Assembly (NCBI GenBank): GCA_965644265.1
Contig: OZ286473.1
Coordinates: 50,282,001-50,346,000 of the forward strand
Source: Glycera tridactyla
Lineage: Eukaryota
Direction of reading: 5' to 3'
Length of the DNA stretch: 64,000 bases
Shown here: piece after piece, positions 1 to 14,121 of the stretch
Layout of the letters: each line of letters opens with the position of its first letter
How positions within the stretch are numbered: position 1 is the stretch's first letter
Notes under the pieces: model-generated
The model's input: the letters and a program-made list of their open reading frames with translations, nothing else
What the model was told of the DNA's origin: nothing
Database searches by the model: none
Translations under genes and position numbers: made by a program

Positions 1-2299
1 ACATCAGTTTTTATTCTCTGCACATCCCTGTGCAATGCCAATTTCATGACAAAGGAAGAGGCAAAAATGTGTGAAATGCCTCCATCTCTGGATGCAACTC
101 TGCATCAGTGCCATCACACACGGAGTGTGACATAAATGATGATGCACGTAGCTCGTAAATATGTGAGAGTGGACTGCTCTGCTCGAGAAACCAAACTGAA
201 CTGTCACCCTGGAGCAAACCCATCTTAATGCTAATGTTTATACAGTGAGTAAAATTGGCATTTCCTATTGACTCGCCCACTTAGCATTCCATAAAGAAAT
301 CCAGTCAAACTACAGTCTGACCTGCTCAAAACGTAATCAAGGACTTGACGCTAAGGTTTCCATCACAAATGTGTATTCACTATAACAGTAAATGTTCTCG
401 CCTCACTTATTTTACGTAAATTAATATCCGTGAAATGTACTTGCCATTCGGGCAAGTAGTCATGGTAATCCACTACAGCCTAACTACAAATTTTACTTGC
501 CCCGCACAGCGAATAGGCTAAATTAACATCAAGTCCTGCCATCTCTATAAAGGCCGCCTTGAGTTAGGACTGGCTGGACATCAAATATGGATACATGACC
601 GTTAACAATTATTCATATCTTTCAGCCAGTAGCACAAGGCCATTTTATCCCAGAGATCCTACGATGAGAAAGATTAAAGTACATCCTTGTGCAATGCTAA
701 ATGGGACTAGGAGAAAATACATTTCAAGATAAACCTTGTCTGTATGAAGCAAAATGCTTTAAATCAACTGTGGTGCTGCGAGATAGATTAGAGAAATCAG
801 ATGCAGGATCTTCCTTGAATCAATTTCCGAGTGAATCACCTAAACCCACCACCAGTGTTCGCCGCCACTACAGAACAAACACGGAAAAGTCCGAGCTGCC
901 CCCTCCCCCCATCCCAGCTGTACCTCAACAAGTATGTAACCAGACAACTGTGTCAGGTCACTCACTGACCAGTTCACTAAATAGCAGAACTATCAAGGTC
1001 CATAATGTCGCTAAAGTTACAGGCAGGACTATGACTACAGAAAGCACCTACGTCTATGACAAGTAAACTTTTACTGTAGTGAGCTGTGGCATGGTCCAGG
1101 CACACTCTACCAGGGAGTTATGAGAGATATGCATGCACATTGTGAGGTAGGTACCTCATGTATTCCATGTATCCCAGTATCTGCATGATCAGGGATAATT
1201 TTACGCTGTGCCCTGTGGCAAATGGCACATGAAATCTGCATCAATGTGCCCAAAAGACCCATACATATTCCCGAGCAAGAAAATCACTGTGCATGACAAC
1301 AATTTTAAACATTATTCAATTTTTTCTCAAAATTTTCTTCACCCTAAGTTCTCTGAGAATAGTATGGTATGATGCACAGGTATTTCTCATATTTTGGGCC
1401 AAAGAAGCAGTCCAATATTCAGCCTGGACAAGGCTTGATACTATAATCTCCCAGAGTACATGTACTTGAGGACCTACTCGAGTATCAAATGTATCACTCC
1501 AACTTTTCTAGGTGAAATTCAAATAAACAGTCTTCTTACGAGATAATTCGCTGTATAACATTCAGTACAGTGGTCATTGTACCAAGGTGGTCTCAAATAG
1601 TCAAACCTTTCAATAAGGACCACCTTCATTCGAATCAAAAGGTGGTCTTCACTGTGAAAAATACTATCACAGTCGCAGCTCAGGGTAACCTTCATAGAGG
1701 TGATCTTTATAGAGAGGTGGTCTTTAGAGAAAGTTTGACTGTAGGTGAGAATACCTGATCCATTTTCACAAAATATACCACTGAACTTGCATTCTGCAGC
1801 AGCTGACATTTCCCACTGGAGTATTTGCCACGATTCACCTGCCAATTCTCATCTCCGCTGACCCCAGACTTGCTACCAAAATTATGGATTGCCTTGCAGA
1901 AATGTGATAGAACAAGCCAATCACACTCATTGATGTTTCGGCCCAGATGAACTGTAACAACTGCGCTACACTTAGAAGAACGAGATGAATCCTGCGTCTC
2001 AATATATCCTCCTTCTTTTTCCGTTCTAGTGTCAGATAGGGACCACAAATGCAGCCCAATCGTCTCGTAGGACGATCTGTAACGATGACAAATAATGGTG
2101 CAGGGCCAACTTTTACGATCTTCTCAGCGAACAATCACAATAAAAGCTAGCATCAAGCACCTAGTAATGTGATTGGTGTGAGGTTATGCGAGGTTACAAG
2201 TGCTACATTGTGGATGCAGCACATCCATGCAGTACAATGAGAATTCAAATAGTAATATCTGTCCTGTCTCACAGCTAGCATGGCAATGAGGTTGTATGC

Positions 2300-2301
2300 A
2301 T

Positions 2302-2373
<72 letters not shown>
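2300..2373. repeat. (GCAC)n(AC)n microsatellite; others are (GCAGT)n 4163-4243, (CT)n(AT)n 35538-35575, (GAAT)n 38609-38643, (CCAT)n 38877-38910, (AC)n 56100-56190, (AAT)n 56400-56453 and (TTC)n with a CT-rich tract 63040-63360
   Basis: Directly visible; they explain the low-complexity ORFs in the track. Confidence 0.95.
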
Positions 2374-2374
<1 letters not shown>

Positions 2375-5300
2375 AGGGCTCTACATTAAATTTTTTCAGC
2401 TGTCCTACGGGCAGGTGAAGGGTAATTTTCACCTACCCCCTGCATATATTCATAGCATAAATAATGATGGGGTAGACTGATAAAACCACCTGCCCCGACA
2501 ACAATCCTGCTTACCTGTGCAAGTATGGCAACCCTTGGCATAGAGCCCTGCACATGAAAGCCTCCTCCCCCCCCCCCCCCCCCCCACACGCACACGCACT
2601 ACTTGAGGCACAAGTGATACTCATCTGCTGCTTGAAAGACCACCTCATTCTTCATGAAAATCTTACCTGAAATCAAACAAAAAGATACAATTCATTATTG
2701 ACCACTATCCATGTATATCGAAAATATTTAGTGATGAGCAGTCTATCCTGAAAACAGGAAATCTCCTGCCATCTGAAGCACTATGATGTAAACAAAGGCA
2801 ACCTGCAAACAAAAGCCACCATGGCTAATGACCGTGATAGTATTTCTCACAGAAAAACAACTCTACAAAATCCCCTGCATAAAAAGACCATTTTTTGCTC
2901 AAACCAAGGGTATATTTCTTTATTTGGATTGGCCAGTGAAAGGGTGGTCATCGTGGACAGGTTCTCGACTGTACATTCAAATCCTCCTGACCTTCGAACC
3001 ACAGCCCGATCATCACAACTGAGCGATTGCCAGTGAGTCAAACAGCAATCAGAACGGAGCCATTCATGACCAGGACAAATTCCAACTGCTACACACATAC
3101 ACACTCACGCACGCACACACGCACACACATACACATACACGACATTCAGTAAATGCTACGCATACTGGTGACAAATGCCTGTGGGAGATTGGAATGACCC
3201 ACTTTCTATGAACAGCTGAAGTGGTTGTTTAATGGAGGCCTTGTACATGTAGGGCCCGTATACCAGTCACTCTGCCCTTTACAACCAATTAAATGACTCA
3301 GTGGTGACTACTTTTGAATTATAATCAGGTCCCCCGAATCCAGGGTTGTGCTGGTATTTGCTCAAACAGAGCGCATCATCTAGGCTTCATCTCGTCTCAT
3401 CTCAGCCAGACGATGATGATGAAGATGAGGCCCTCCTTTCGCTCTAGTTATAATACTATAGCCTACAAACACACCAACACATACGAATGCCTACAATGAC
3501 CCTTTATGCACCACATGCACAGAGACAACACAGCAATAAATGCAATGCAGAGAGTGGTCTGCGGTCCGATATTCCTTTATGCTAGCTCACTTGCAAGAAT
3601 TAGACTAGCTGACTGCCAAAAACCCTGAAAACCTGACTGGAGGCACGTTATACAAAGATTTTGGGGTTCGATAATCTTCACTGGGCTCTCTTCATGGAGG
3701 TCCAAGGACCAAATCTAATAATTCTGGTCCAATTTTCATGATCTAAAATCCAAAATAATCAACATAAAATGCCTTTCTCTTAAATACACTGCATGAAGCA
3801 GTTCAATGAGATCAAAAGCATGTAATTCCATGGATCTGCGCGACAACTGAATCCCTGTATGTCACTTGTCCCTAGTCAGGAATCCATAAATTTCACTTGC
3901 CTTGGGCATCAATGCAGCCCATAATGTCAGACTGACTTGCCACCAGAGTATTTGCATCTGGGCAAGTGAATCCACACTTTGCTCACAACCTCTTCTCTCA
4001 AGGACACAGCCTGTACAAACAGGTGGGATGGGCGGGGAGGGGGGGGGGGGCTACATACACAAACACTCCCCAGACATCAACTGTGTTGATTGAGAGATGA
4101 AGCCACCAGGCGGGTGTTCCAGCAGGCTTAGTTTCATACCCTGCAATGAATAGACCTGAACGTGCAGTGAAGTGCAGTGAAGTGCCGTGCCGTGCAGTGC
4201 AGTGCAATGCAGTGCAGTGCAGTGCAGTGCAGTGCAGTGCAGTCAGACAAATGAACAGGGCTTCAAGGAAGATCTCCAAATTGATCCAGAAAAAATAACC
4301 CAATTGATGACCATGATAGCATTTTACACAGAAAACGACCTCTGTACCTGGGATACCTCGGCCACTATTTATGCCTTTGCAGATAGTCTTTGTAGACAGG
4401 TCCAACAGAACTATCATACCCTTTAACCTTTCACCTCACAGTCCAGGAATTTCCTTGAATGGTCTTTGTAGACAGGTCCAACGGTACTATCATACCCTTC
4501 ACCACCCAGTCAACAGAAGTCCGGGAATTTCCTTGAATGAGTTAACTAGTCAGTTACAGCAGTCGTTATTTGGCAGGCTGAGCTGGTAGTAAATATGGTT
4601 AGATAATCTTACACAACGGAACCAGTCCATTGATCTTCACTAATCCAAGGTATGACCATGACTCAATGACTTCTATTCCAAGCCATGATCTCACACATGG
4701 GACCTGAACACACATCAACTGCCGACCAATTTATTCAATTCACATAAGAGGAAGTTTAACCAGCATTTCATCGATGGGGAACAGTTCCAAAAGCAGGAGT
4801 TCCAGTCATATTTCACAATAGAAGTCGGTTTTTATAATCAATGATACAGATACAGAAGGGATGCTAACTCTTAATAATGAAGCTAATAGTTGAAAGTGAT
4901 GATAGCAGTTGTTTTTTGCGATGAGCAAGTTAGAGTTTGGATTTCTTCGGAGGAATCATGTGTGCATAATTCCAAAATTTCAACACCGGAGGAGAAATCA
5001 TTACTTCAAAATTGTTATGGTTGACATCTTTGGATGTAGCGATGCCAAGGAGATGGGGTAAACTCTCCAAACATGTGATTCAATTTTTGTGAGAATCCTT
5101 TCAAATATCCTCAAAATTTCATTGTTAGTTCTAGGCAGATAGCAGCATCTTCTTTATTTCACTGTCACAACGAATTCTTGGAATTCAGAAAATTTTCAAC
5201 CTCAAGAGACTACACATTTCGATAAACTTCCACAGGATGTGACTGAGCTTTTCGCATGAGATGTCGCAATGGAATGTTGCTCCCCCCCCCCCCCCCCCCC

Positions 5301-5565
5301 CCCCAACCTAGCTAACAAACTCGCCCACATATCCCTGAGAATTAATGTTGGAATATTTCCACTTGAATGAATTGCAAGCCATTGAAGCCAAATGTTTACA
5401 CCTGTGTCCATAGTAAAAGCTGATGAGGCTGACATTCAAATGTGACTCATTACCATGCCTGATCATTTGCTTTTTCCCTGTGGCTCATCCATTATTCATG
5501 AATTTGATGAGGGTCCACTGTGTACATATGAGTGGCACAAATGAGAGCTGATCACCAAGCTGATC

Positions 5566-5765
5566 CAGGGCTTCATGCTAATGGTTGTCCTACTGGCACG
5601 GGCAGGAAGATTTGCTATTAGGGCAGGTGATTTCATCAATATGCCTGCCCAATGGGCAGGTACCCAACCATTATTAGGGTTATGAATATATGCAGGAGGG
5701 CAGGTGAAAATCCTACATCACCTGCACAAAGGACAGCTGAAGAAAAAAGTTAATGTAGAGCCCTG
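5566..5765. mobile_element. MITE with CAGGGCT termini and 5-bp TSD TGATC; related copies at 2374-2550 and about 12769-12965
   Basis: CAGGGCTTC ... TAGAGCCCTG; TGATC at 5561-5565 and 5766-5770; internal GGCAGGT repeats shared with the other copies. Confidence 0.75.
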
Positions 5766-7268
5766 TGATCACCGGCTCAGTTCATGCTAAGCAAGACTTG
5801 CCTCAGCCACTGTCTAGTCCAATATTTATTTACCAAGCCAGCTTGTAGCTAACACTTCACCCACATAGTAGCAGTTGGCATCTATTGAGAACAGTGTAAT
5901 CTGTGATGAGAGACCATCCTGGTAACCTACAAAAACTTGTAAAGTCGAACCTGCTCTAAAGACCACCTCTCTATAAAGACCACCTGAGCTGCGATCGTGG
6001 TAGTATTATCAACAGTAATTGACCTCTCTATAAAGACCACCTGCCCATAAAGACCGTTTTTTCATGCGACCTAAGGCAGTCTTCATATGGAGGTTCGACT
6101 GTATTTGACTTTGTCAAATAGACATAAAGGGGATTTTGAGCGATGGCCTTAAAAGACAGGCAGTCTCTTATTCAGCCTCTAATAGTAGATTTTACTGTAG
6201 TATTCAGTAGTTCACAAAGCCTGCTGTGGGAAAATGAAGTCAACCCTGTCTACAAAGACCACCCTTGATCATGTTGACCACCCCTGACAAGACCACTTTC
6301 CTGTAAGTCAAGTTTGTCAAGTATGCCTCTTACAAGATCACCTCTTGAAGATAACATTTTGTTGATGATTAGAGCAGTCTTTCTTCATAGGTTTCACAGT
6401 ATCACCACAGATGTCAACCTCTGACGGACAAAAATATTTCAAGGAGGAGCAGTTGCTGAATTTGCAATGAAATAATAAGAAAAATCCTGATTTTTCAGGG
6501 TAGCATTAGCTGTAAAATGCAATAATTTTGGTCTAAAAAGAGTGGTTGCTCTTCCAAAACCTTAGTGGTTGGCATCTCTGTATTACAGGCCACATGCTGC
6601 ACCGATGACTGACAAGAAAGAAAACACATGAGGCAGACAGCAGCAAGGGAAAACAGGGCTGGTGTCAAGTTAGTGGTTGGCTGGAAGTTGGTGCTGGCGT
6701 GGGTCCAGAGGGAGAATTAGTAGTATCAGTCGTAAACTTGCTAGGGTTCAGGTCAACCAAGGTTAACCTCTGGTTGTTTACATGATCGAGGGCTCTGTTA
6801 CAGTACACAGACCCGTCATAATATGCAGCAGACTGCCCAACTGGATGTGATTTCTCCAGATTCATTGAACGTTTCGGGCTGGATTTCTTTGACCAACATA
6901 GAGAATGAAATTGGGAAATTGCGCCCAACTTTACAACTTTTTATCCCTCATGAACTAACAACAAACAACCTTCTACAGATGATAATAGGGTGACTGCTCT
7001 GGTCCATTTCTAATTGACAACAGTGGAGTTGATAACCTGCAGAACCCACACAGAGACATGAACAGCCAAAGAAAACATGTGTTCGAGATCAGGGGAGATT
7101 GCGAGATCTTTGTCCCAAATTTCAGTGTAATGTCTCACATTTTGAAAAGTGGTGAGACAAATATCTCATTTCAGTCACACCCCAAAGCAAGCACTTGTAA
7201 CATTTATTTCATATTTGTGTAAATTGTCTCACATTTTGAATAGTGGTGAGACAAATGTCTCACTTCAG

Positions 7269-7356
7269 CAGGGTGAGAAGACATCATGAAAATCCACCCA
7301 CCCCCCTGGAAAATCCACCTGTCCAGTCATTTATGCGGCTATCTCTTCTCACCCTG
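7269..7356. mobile_element. 88-bp MITE with 6-bp TSD CTTCAG, nested in another repeat
   Basis: TIR CAGGGTGAGAAGA / TCTTCTCACCCTG; CTTCAG on both sides; an uninterrupted copy of the host repeat lies inverted at about 12450-12530. Confidence 0.85.
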
Positions 7357-10300
7357 CTTCAGCCATACCTCAGAGCCAACACTGTGAGTAAACCCTGGCA
7401 TATCCAAATCCATGGTAAAATCTGGCTCAAGCCTCCAAAAAGGATGGATTCAATCAACCCCTGGATATGTTGGAGATCTGAACATGTGCCCATTTATCAT
7501 TCATTAACTTAGCACCAAATACATCATTATCATATGATGAAATGGTTTATTCGATTGTTTGCTCATGAAATCGTGTCATCCGCTTCAAGATCTTACCCGC
7601 CTCAATATGGTATTGCGAAGTACCGGTAAGCATCATATATTGAGGATTCAGATTTCATTCTGAGTAGATCACATGGAAAGTAGAGCACAATCATACAGCA
7701 GTATATCTTCAATAACAAGATCATGTTGTTGAAGACACCAAGGTACACATATAGATAAGATAGATTTCAGTGCATCTGGGTATGATATTCTATTTGTCAC
7801 AAAAGAACCACAGAATACCTCTATACCCATTTCCTAATTCAGAATTTTCAGATCTCCGAATTGAGGTAAAGATGAGGGCCAGCTTGGCCCTATTGCTGGA
7901 GAAATAGGGCCAACAAAGTATGAGACAATGCAGCTTTAATATAGGCAAACTTAGTCCCTACTAATGGCAAAAGTTAAATTTGTATGTGTCAAATGGCACA
8001 TAGTATAGATGCAGGTCTGGACTGGCAGCCGAAACTCCCACCTTGGAAAGTGTTGAAAGTTTTGCGGGTGTGGGTGCCCACATGTGCATAAGCATACCCA
8101 CGAAAGAGGAAGCAAGCTGGTTCTTGGAGGGGAAACGTGCAAATGTGCACTGATAATAAAGGTCACCCAACCAGCCTGCCTGCCAGTGGGTATGCCTCAA
8201 GCTCTGCTGGTCAAATGGCAATAGTACTACAACCACACTGGTTATCCCGCAAGTCTGGCTTGGTTTTCCATAGAAATATCTCAGAATTGAATCACATGAA
8301 TTTGCCCCTAAAAAGGATAGGACAAGGAAAGTCAAATTACAATATGTTTTCTGTACTTTTCTAGCCCTGAGATTGACTGTGGGTGAATATGTTGTATCAG
8401 GAGTTTTATATTGCAGGAGTGCACGCCAGGTCAACCACCATGTAAACACAAACAGGTACCCCTTCTACATCAGCCAGGCTATAATTTCATGGGGGTGTGT
8501 TTACAATAAGTAGGTCATGCTTCTACCCGCAAACAAAAGATACTCCCAACTACAACTTCCTCAGAATAACATGTGCAGTAGATAGAAGCCAAAAGACGAG
8601 AAATTCATTCTCAGGGTTGCATCAAGGATTTCCAAAATCAGGAGCATTCACCCCCTTGAATTAAAGTGGGCATTTCTCCACAAACTGATTGCCCTGAAAA
8701 GGCACCCACAGGTGACAGGATACTTGAAATGCCTCATGCCCCCTCCAGTTGCAACCCATTATATGGGAATATAACTGATTCTGAAGATCATCTTTTTCTC
8801 CGGACTCTGAATGGCTCTCAACGTATGTAGCTATAGAATGAGTGACAATCATTTTTTGGGACAGGATACACAAAATGTTCCAAGCTTCCTGGTTGAGACC
8901 TCTCACCCACAAAGCAAACCCTTGTCACTTCTGGTCCAAAATATGTCGTTTGAAGGGACAAAATCCCCGCTGACATTTGTAAACCTTCCGACATGGAATC
9001 TCCCAAAGGAAAAATTTCTTCTAAAATCAGACTGGGGCAAAACATTGGCAGCAAGTCAACATTTCATCTGTCGCTCTGAACAAAAATCCTGAAGCACTCT
9101 GACTGTAAATACCAACACTGGCAGTGGTTATCAACTTTTCACCCTCCAACTGAAAACAATATTTTTGTTCTCGGTTGCTGGATAGCAGTGTGGCAGCCAA
9201 GGTACATACTGAATAACCTGCGAAAATTCAGGTTGAGCAGGCATCCTAAAATATTCATATTCACTTCAATTCAATTCAACAGAGACCCTTATCACTGTCC
9301 AAGAAATCTTATACTAAAAGATGAATAGACAGAATGGTGAAGGCGTTCTTCACGCCAAATGTCACTTGCCAACCACGGATGGGTTTGGATGTATTTTTCA
9401 TCAGAGCCTCTGCATAATGGCCACCTCCCTATAACGACCACTTTGTGTGCTACGGGGGGGGGGGGGGGGGGGAGGTTTTACTATAAAGTCAAACCTGTAT
9501 TCAGCAACCACCCTTGGGACAGTGAAAAGTGGTTGCTTAAGACAGGTGGTTGTCCAACACAGGTTAATTATACTGAGAAATACTCCGGAGGGACTTCCAT
9601 AAGTGGTTGCTTAAGGCAGGTGCCCTTTATAGCAGGTTCAACTGCATATGAAGATCATCGCACATCAAAAAGGGCACGGGAACGCCAGTATGAGTAATGA
9701 TAGCAGAATTTGCCATGACCAAATAATAAGATCATGAATTAATGGAGTAATGATACGCTAGAAAAGAGTAATCATTACTCCAAAATAATTATGATTGGCA
9801 TCTCTAGTCAGAGGTGTGAAAGCTCAGCCCAATGCAGCAGCACAGACAGGAAGAGCTTTGGGTTCGAATCAATAACAGGAGTGGGTCAGCAGGCTGGTAC
9901 ATGGTGCCGAACTCGCCCGGGTATGGATGGATGCAGACACTACATCATAGCCACATCGACTCTGCAATATCATAACAGGCCTGACAGCACCAGTCATCCC
10001 ATCTGACAACCCACTAACAGGTGCCCCTGGCTATCACCTGCTATAAGGGTGGGGGGGGGGGGGGGATTCACCCAGAGTAATGATAGGCTGTATTCATTCA
10101 TAACTTATATAGTGGTACCAACTCTCTATGAAGGCCAACTGCATACAACGGCCACCCTGAGATGCGACCTTAATAACATTTTCAACTGTGAGTGACCTTT
10201 CTATAGAAGCCACATGCCTAGACAAAGGTCACTTTTTGAAGCAATCAGAGGTGGCCTTTATAGACAAGTTAGACTGTACTTAACAATTCACTCAAAGAAA

Positions 10301-10740
10301 GTCTCGGAATCCATTGGAATCTACTGAAGCTAGATGTGTACACTGTACAGAGCGTAAATTCTCACCAGAGAATTCAGGCTGCACATGTATCTTGGCAATA
10401 TATCGAATGAAATTCGACTTTAGGACTTCCATTCTTCACTGGCACTACACACAAATGTAAGCTGAATTCGAATAAAGTCTTACGATCAGAGTACTGCACA
10501 CAGTCGAACCTCCTCTAAAGACCACCTCTCTACAAAGGCAACCCTGACCTGCGACCATGGAAGTATTTTGATGACCTCTCTAGATTCTACTTCTATATGT
10601 GACTGTATTACTACAGCAATCGTTCGCAAAAATTCTCATATTTTGGGCCACTTTCAACAACCATGAGTGCAGCTATTGACACAAGTCTGCCTATCTACTG
10701 CTTACTTATGAACGTCTGGCTCTCGTTGGGATTATCAAGG

Positions 10741-11308
10741 CAGGGCGCGAAGAGATAGCCTCCCGAACGTCCCGGGTGTGCCGAAATTGTCGTCGGGCAG
10801 TTGAATCTCAAACTCACACATCTTTCTCGGGCGGGTTCTTTTGGCTATATTTATGTTGGATCACATCTAAAAGTTGCGAAAACGAAGTTTATTTGTCGAA
10901 GAGTTTCGTCACTTTCGGAAGACCTCGCGCCATCTTTAACGCTGGAGGTGATGAAGAACCGACACAGATATCTGTCGCGATCCCTGATTGGCCAAATTGC
11001 CAAAATTGCGGCGAAATTGACCAATCAGCGACCTGCTTTCATGGGGCTCTCGTCGCGAGATGTCAACAATGTGCGCAGAAGACGATTTCTAAGCATCTGC
11101 GCAGGTTTCGGAACCACGAGGAAGCCGAGCATACGAATGAATTTATCACGTTTGACTTTTTCTACGGACATTTTGCGTATATATACGAGTATTTCCTCGA
11201 TCCAGTTGGTATTCGTGCATGGACGGGTTGTTTTTCGTGGTGGGCGGGTGATTTTGAATTTCACCCTCCCGTCGGGCTGGTGAGTTTTTCCGATGTCTTC
11301 GCGCCCTG
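10741..11308. mobile_element. Non-autonomous TIR element with 5-bp TSD CAAGG
   Basis: TIR CAGGGCGCGAAGA / TCTTCGCGCCCTG; CAAGG at 10736-10740 and 11309-11313. Confidence 0.8.
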
Positions 11309-11425
11309 CAAGGTCAAACAAGTAGGCTCAATCTAGGGTGGCCCAAGTCTACAGCATACAACATTCAAGTCAGTTGCCTGAGAATGATGCTTTGGGTTAG
11401 CTGTGAGCCAAGGTGGAACCTATGG

Positions 11426-11650
11426 CAGGGCGAGATTACATCAAAAATATCCATCTGCCCACCAGGCAGGTACATTTTGAATTGACCTGCCCCCTTCAAA
11501 GTTCAGCCTGCCCCTTTGTTTCTTCATTGCAATTATCGTCATTTTTCTCCCATCCACCAGGCAGGTGAATTCAAAATCAACCTGGCCCTTTGGAAATCTA
11601 CCTGCTCATGGTAGGTCCAGGCAGGTGGGAAGCTATCTCTCCTCAGCCTG
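11426..11650. mobile_element. MITE with 6-bp TSD CTATGG
   Basis: Starts CAGGGCGAGAT, ends with a degenerate ...CAGCCTG; CTATGG at 11420-11425 and 11651-11656. Confidence 0.6.
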
Positions 11651-14121
11651 CTATGGAGTATAAGTGAACTCACAGTTATCAAAATCCAGTCTCCCAGCAT
11701 CCAGAGCCTTACATCATCCCCCCCCCCCTCCCCAGCCCCAGGAAACACTGTGATAACCACCCCCCAGCACTCACCAATGAATATTGCAGTCTAGGAGCCA
11801 ACCAGCTCACTGTATGGCTTTCTAATGTCTTCCCCGGCAGTAGGGTAGGGAATTCCTGACTCAACCCTCCCTGCCTACGATGACTCATCTCCCAAACCCA
11901 CATCAGTCAGAAGAAAAAGTTCCCCTTTCTCCCCCAAATGATGAGGGATGAGGCAGCATTTCAGTGGAGTACAGCACACAATCTATGCTGTGTAATGGGT
12001 TGGCAGAATATCAATAAATTGGCCAATGTTCATAATAATGGGTCCTGTATGGAGGGCACAGGCTAGTGCTAGGGTCATGACTTCTCTCAAATCATTCAGT
12101 TTGAACAGTGTTGCCAACTTGATCTGAACATATTCCTGGGGGCATGGAATACAATTACAAGAACACATTTCTGGAGGATTGGTTAATCTGCAGCTTCTTT
12201 GAGCCAAACAGGAGATGATGAAGTCATTTCTTACAATGACAGTGACCGCACCATGCAATATCAAAACCACTGAAGTGGGACATGAAAACTGCTCTGGATG
12301 ATAGTAAGCAGCCAATTAGGACAAATTAGCAACTATCGTGAAGGCAGGACAATACAAGGGCCAATTGACGCTGAGGTGAGCACCATATGACACAGCTGCA
12401 CAGCCCAGAACAAACAATTGGGAGTTCTCACAACAGGTGACAATCAAACAGTGTTGGCTCTGAGGTGTTGCTGAAGCGAGACATTTGTCTTGCCACTATT
12501 CTAAATGTGAGACAAATGTCTCATGATCTCTCCTGATATCCAACACCGATCAAAGTAGTCAAGTACCCATATCTGAAATGCACTTCAATGTGTTTGCAAT
12601 GCCTGAGGACCTATCTCAAAGCTGAATGGGTGAAGATACAATGGAATGTACTACGACAACATTTGAAAAAGCAACCAAGCACCCCAGCTGATGATGATGC
12701 AGGTTGGGGGGGGGGGGGAGGGGGGGCCAAGCCCCGGGCGCCATACTGTGTGGAGAATGGTATTCATACAGGGCTCTAGGTTAACTTTTCTCTTCACTCG
12801 TCCTTCGGGTAGGTGAAGTGGAGTTTTTGCCTGCCCTCCATAAAATCATACGCTTAATTATGGTTATGGACCTGTCCATAGGGCAGGTACTGTGATATAT
12901 TCACCTGCCCTGACTATTATTCTGCATGCCTGTGTCAGTAGGGCAGTCCTTTGCACAGAGTGCTGTTATATTGTAGAGCGCTGTTATATTGCCCGAACAA
13001 GTAGCTGCTTCAGTTCACCACCGAATCCCCACACCATGAAAAATTCATTAGACAGCTGGCTGAATATCACCTGTTACAACCACGCCGCCGAGCCTTCAGG
13101 CCACTGTCACAACCATTCAGTCGCCTTCAGAATGCATAGTTTCAGAATACATACATTCACCTAGTGAGTAAAGTTGGCATTCTTCATCCACTGGCCTGCA
13201 TAATTATGAGAATTCCCACATAGAACCGCTGTTATTTCACAATGCTGCTATTTCACAATGTCAACCAGCAACTTAGTGATGATACTAAATTTCAAGAATA
13301 CTTTCAATGATCGTTAACATAAATTTCTTTGGGGAAATGATAGGCATATCTGAAACAGTGATTGCATTAGCCAGAAATAGAATCTCCTGATCTAATGAAC
13401 AGTACAGCAAAACCTGCAACGAGAGGCCGCCTAAATTGTCACCAAAAAGTGGTCTCTCAAAAGAGGGTCTCTGTGACTATCAAATAAAAAAGCCGTCCCA
13501 AGGAAGCGGTCTCCCATCTGAGGTGGTCCCTCCTCCGGGGCATCACCTTGCAAGTTTCACTATAATTGTAAGGACACAAGAGTGCTCGCTGGCATTTTAA
13601 AGGATGGGCATAAATTTAGGTTAAAGCGGTTATCACACCATCTATGGTGAATGCATCCACTAAAATGCACACTGTTCTGAACAGTCTCACACTGCGCCAA
13701 GCCAAGCCCCCTGCTTAGAATGTCAGAAAAAATAATTCACAAAAAACTGTCAGCATGCCAAGTGGTCTGTTTATCTACTGTACAAGAGCATATTCTCTAC
13801 TGGTTCATATATCCATCACCGGCATAAACTTGGAATGCCAGGTTGTACATACCTACATACCAGAACAACACCATGTACAGTTACGTAAACACATACCTAT
13901 GATAGAAAGCAAGTCATAAATTCCCCCATGATGAATATCAACAATAAATGCACTCAAAGATCAAGCGAAGTTCATACATAATGCTTTTAACTGAATTTCA
14001 AGATTTTTCAAGGATTTTTTCGAGGGTGACATCCTCACATGAAAACAAACCCTTGCAGTTGGATGTTTAGCATTTTTCAGATTGTACATGAAAACCAATT
14101 GGCATGATGAAGGCAAAATTA

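Noticed and set aside
3398-3445. Plus-strand PDDDDEDEALLSL* as a terminal exon with a dileucine motif, with 701-931 as an upstream exon
   Set aside because: No coherent exon chain or recognisable protein; the acidic run is a short (GAT)n repeat.
6665-9150. Minus-strand candidate terminal exons (KSSPKRS...SQPLT* at 6665-6890 and LEGEKL...CFAPV* at about 9030-9150)
   Set aside because: No family similarity and no phase-consistent upstream exons; compatible with chance ORFs in an intron.
9855-9875. GGTTCGAATC (tRNA B-box-like)
   Set aside because: No A-box at suitable spacing and no cloverleaf; no tRNA or rRNA gene is supported in the window.
10776-11336. Overlapping 160-186 aa ORFs on both strands
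   Set aside because: They lie within a non-autonomous TIR element, show no transposase motifs, and reflect CpG-rich, stop-poor composition.
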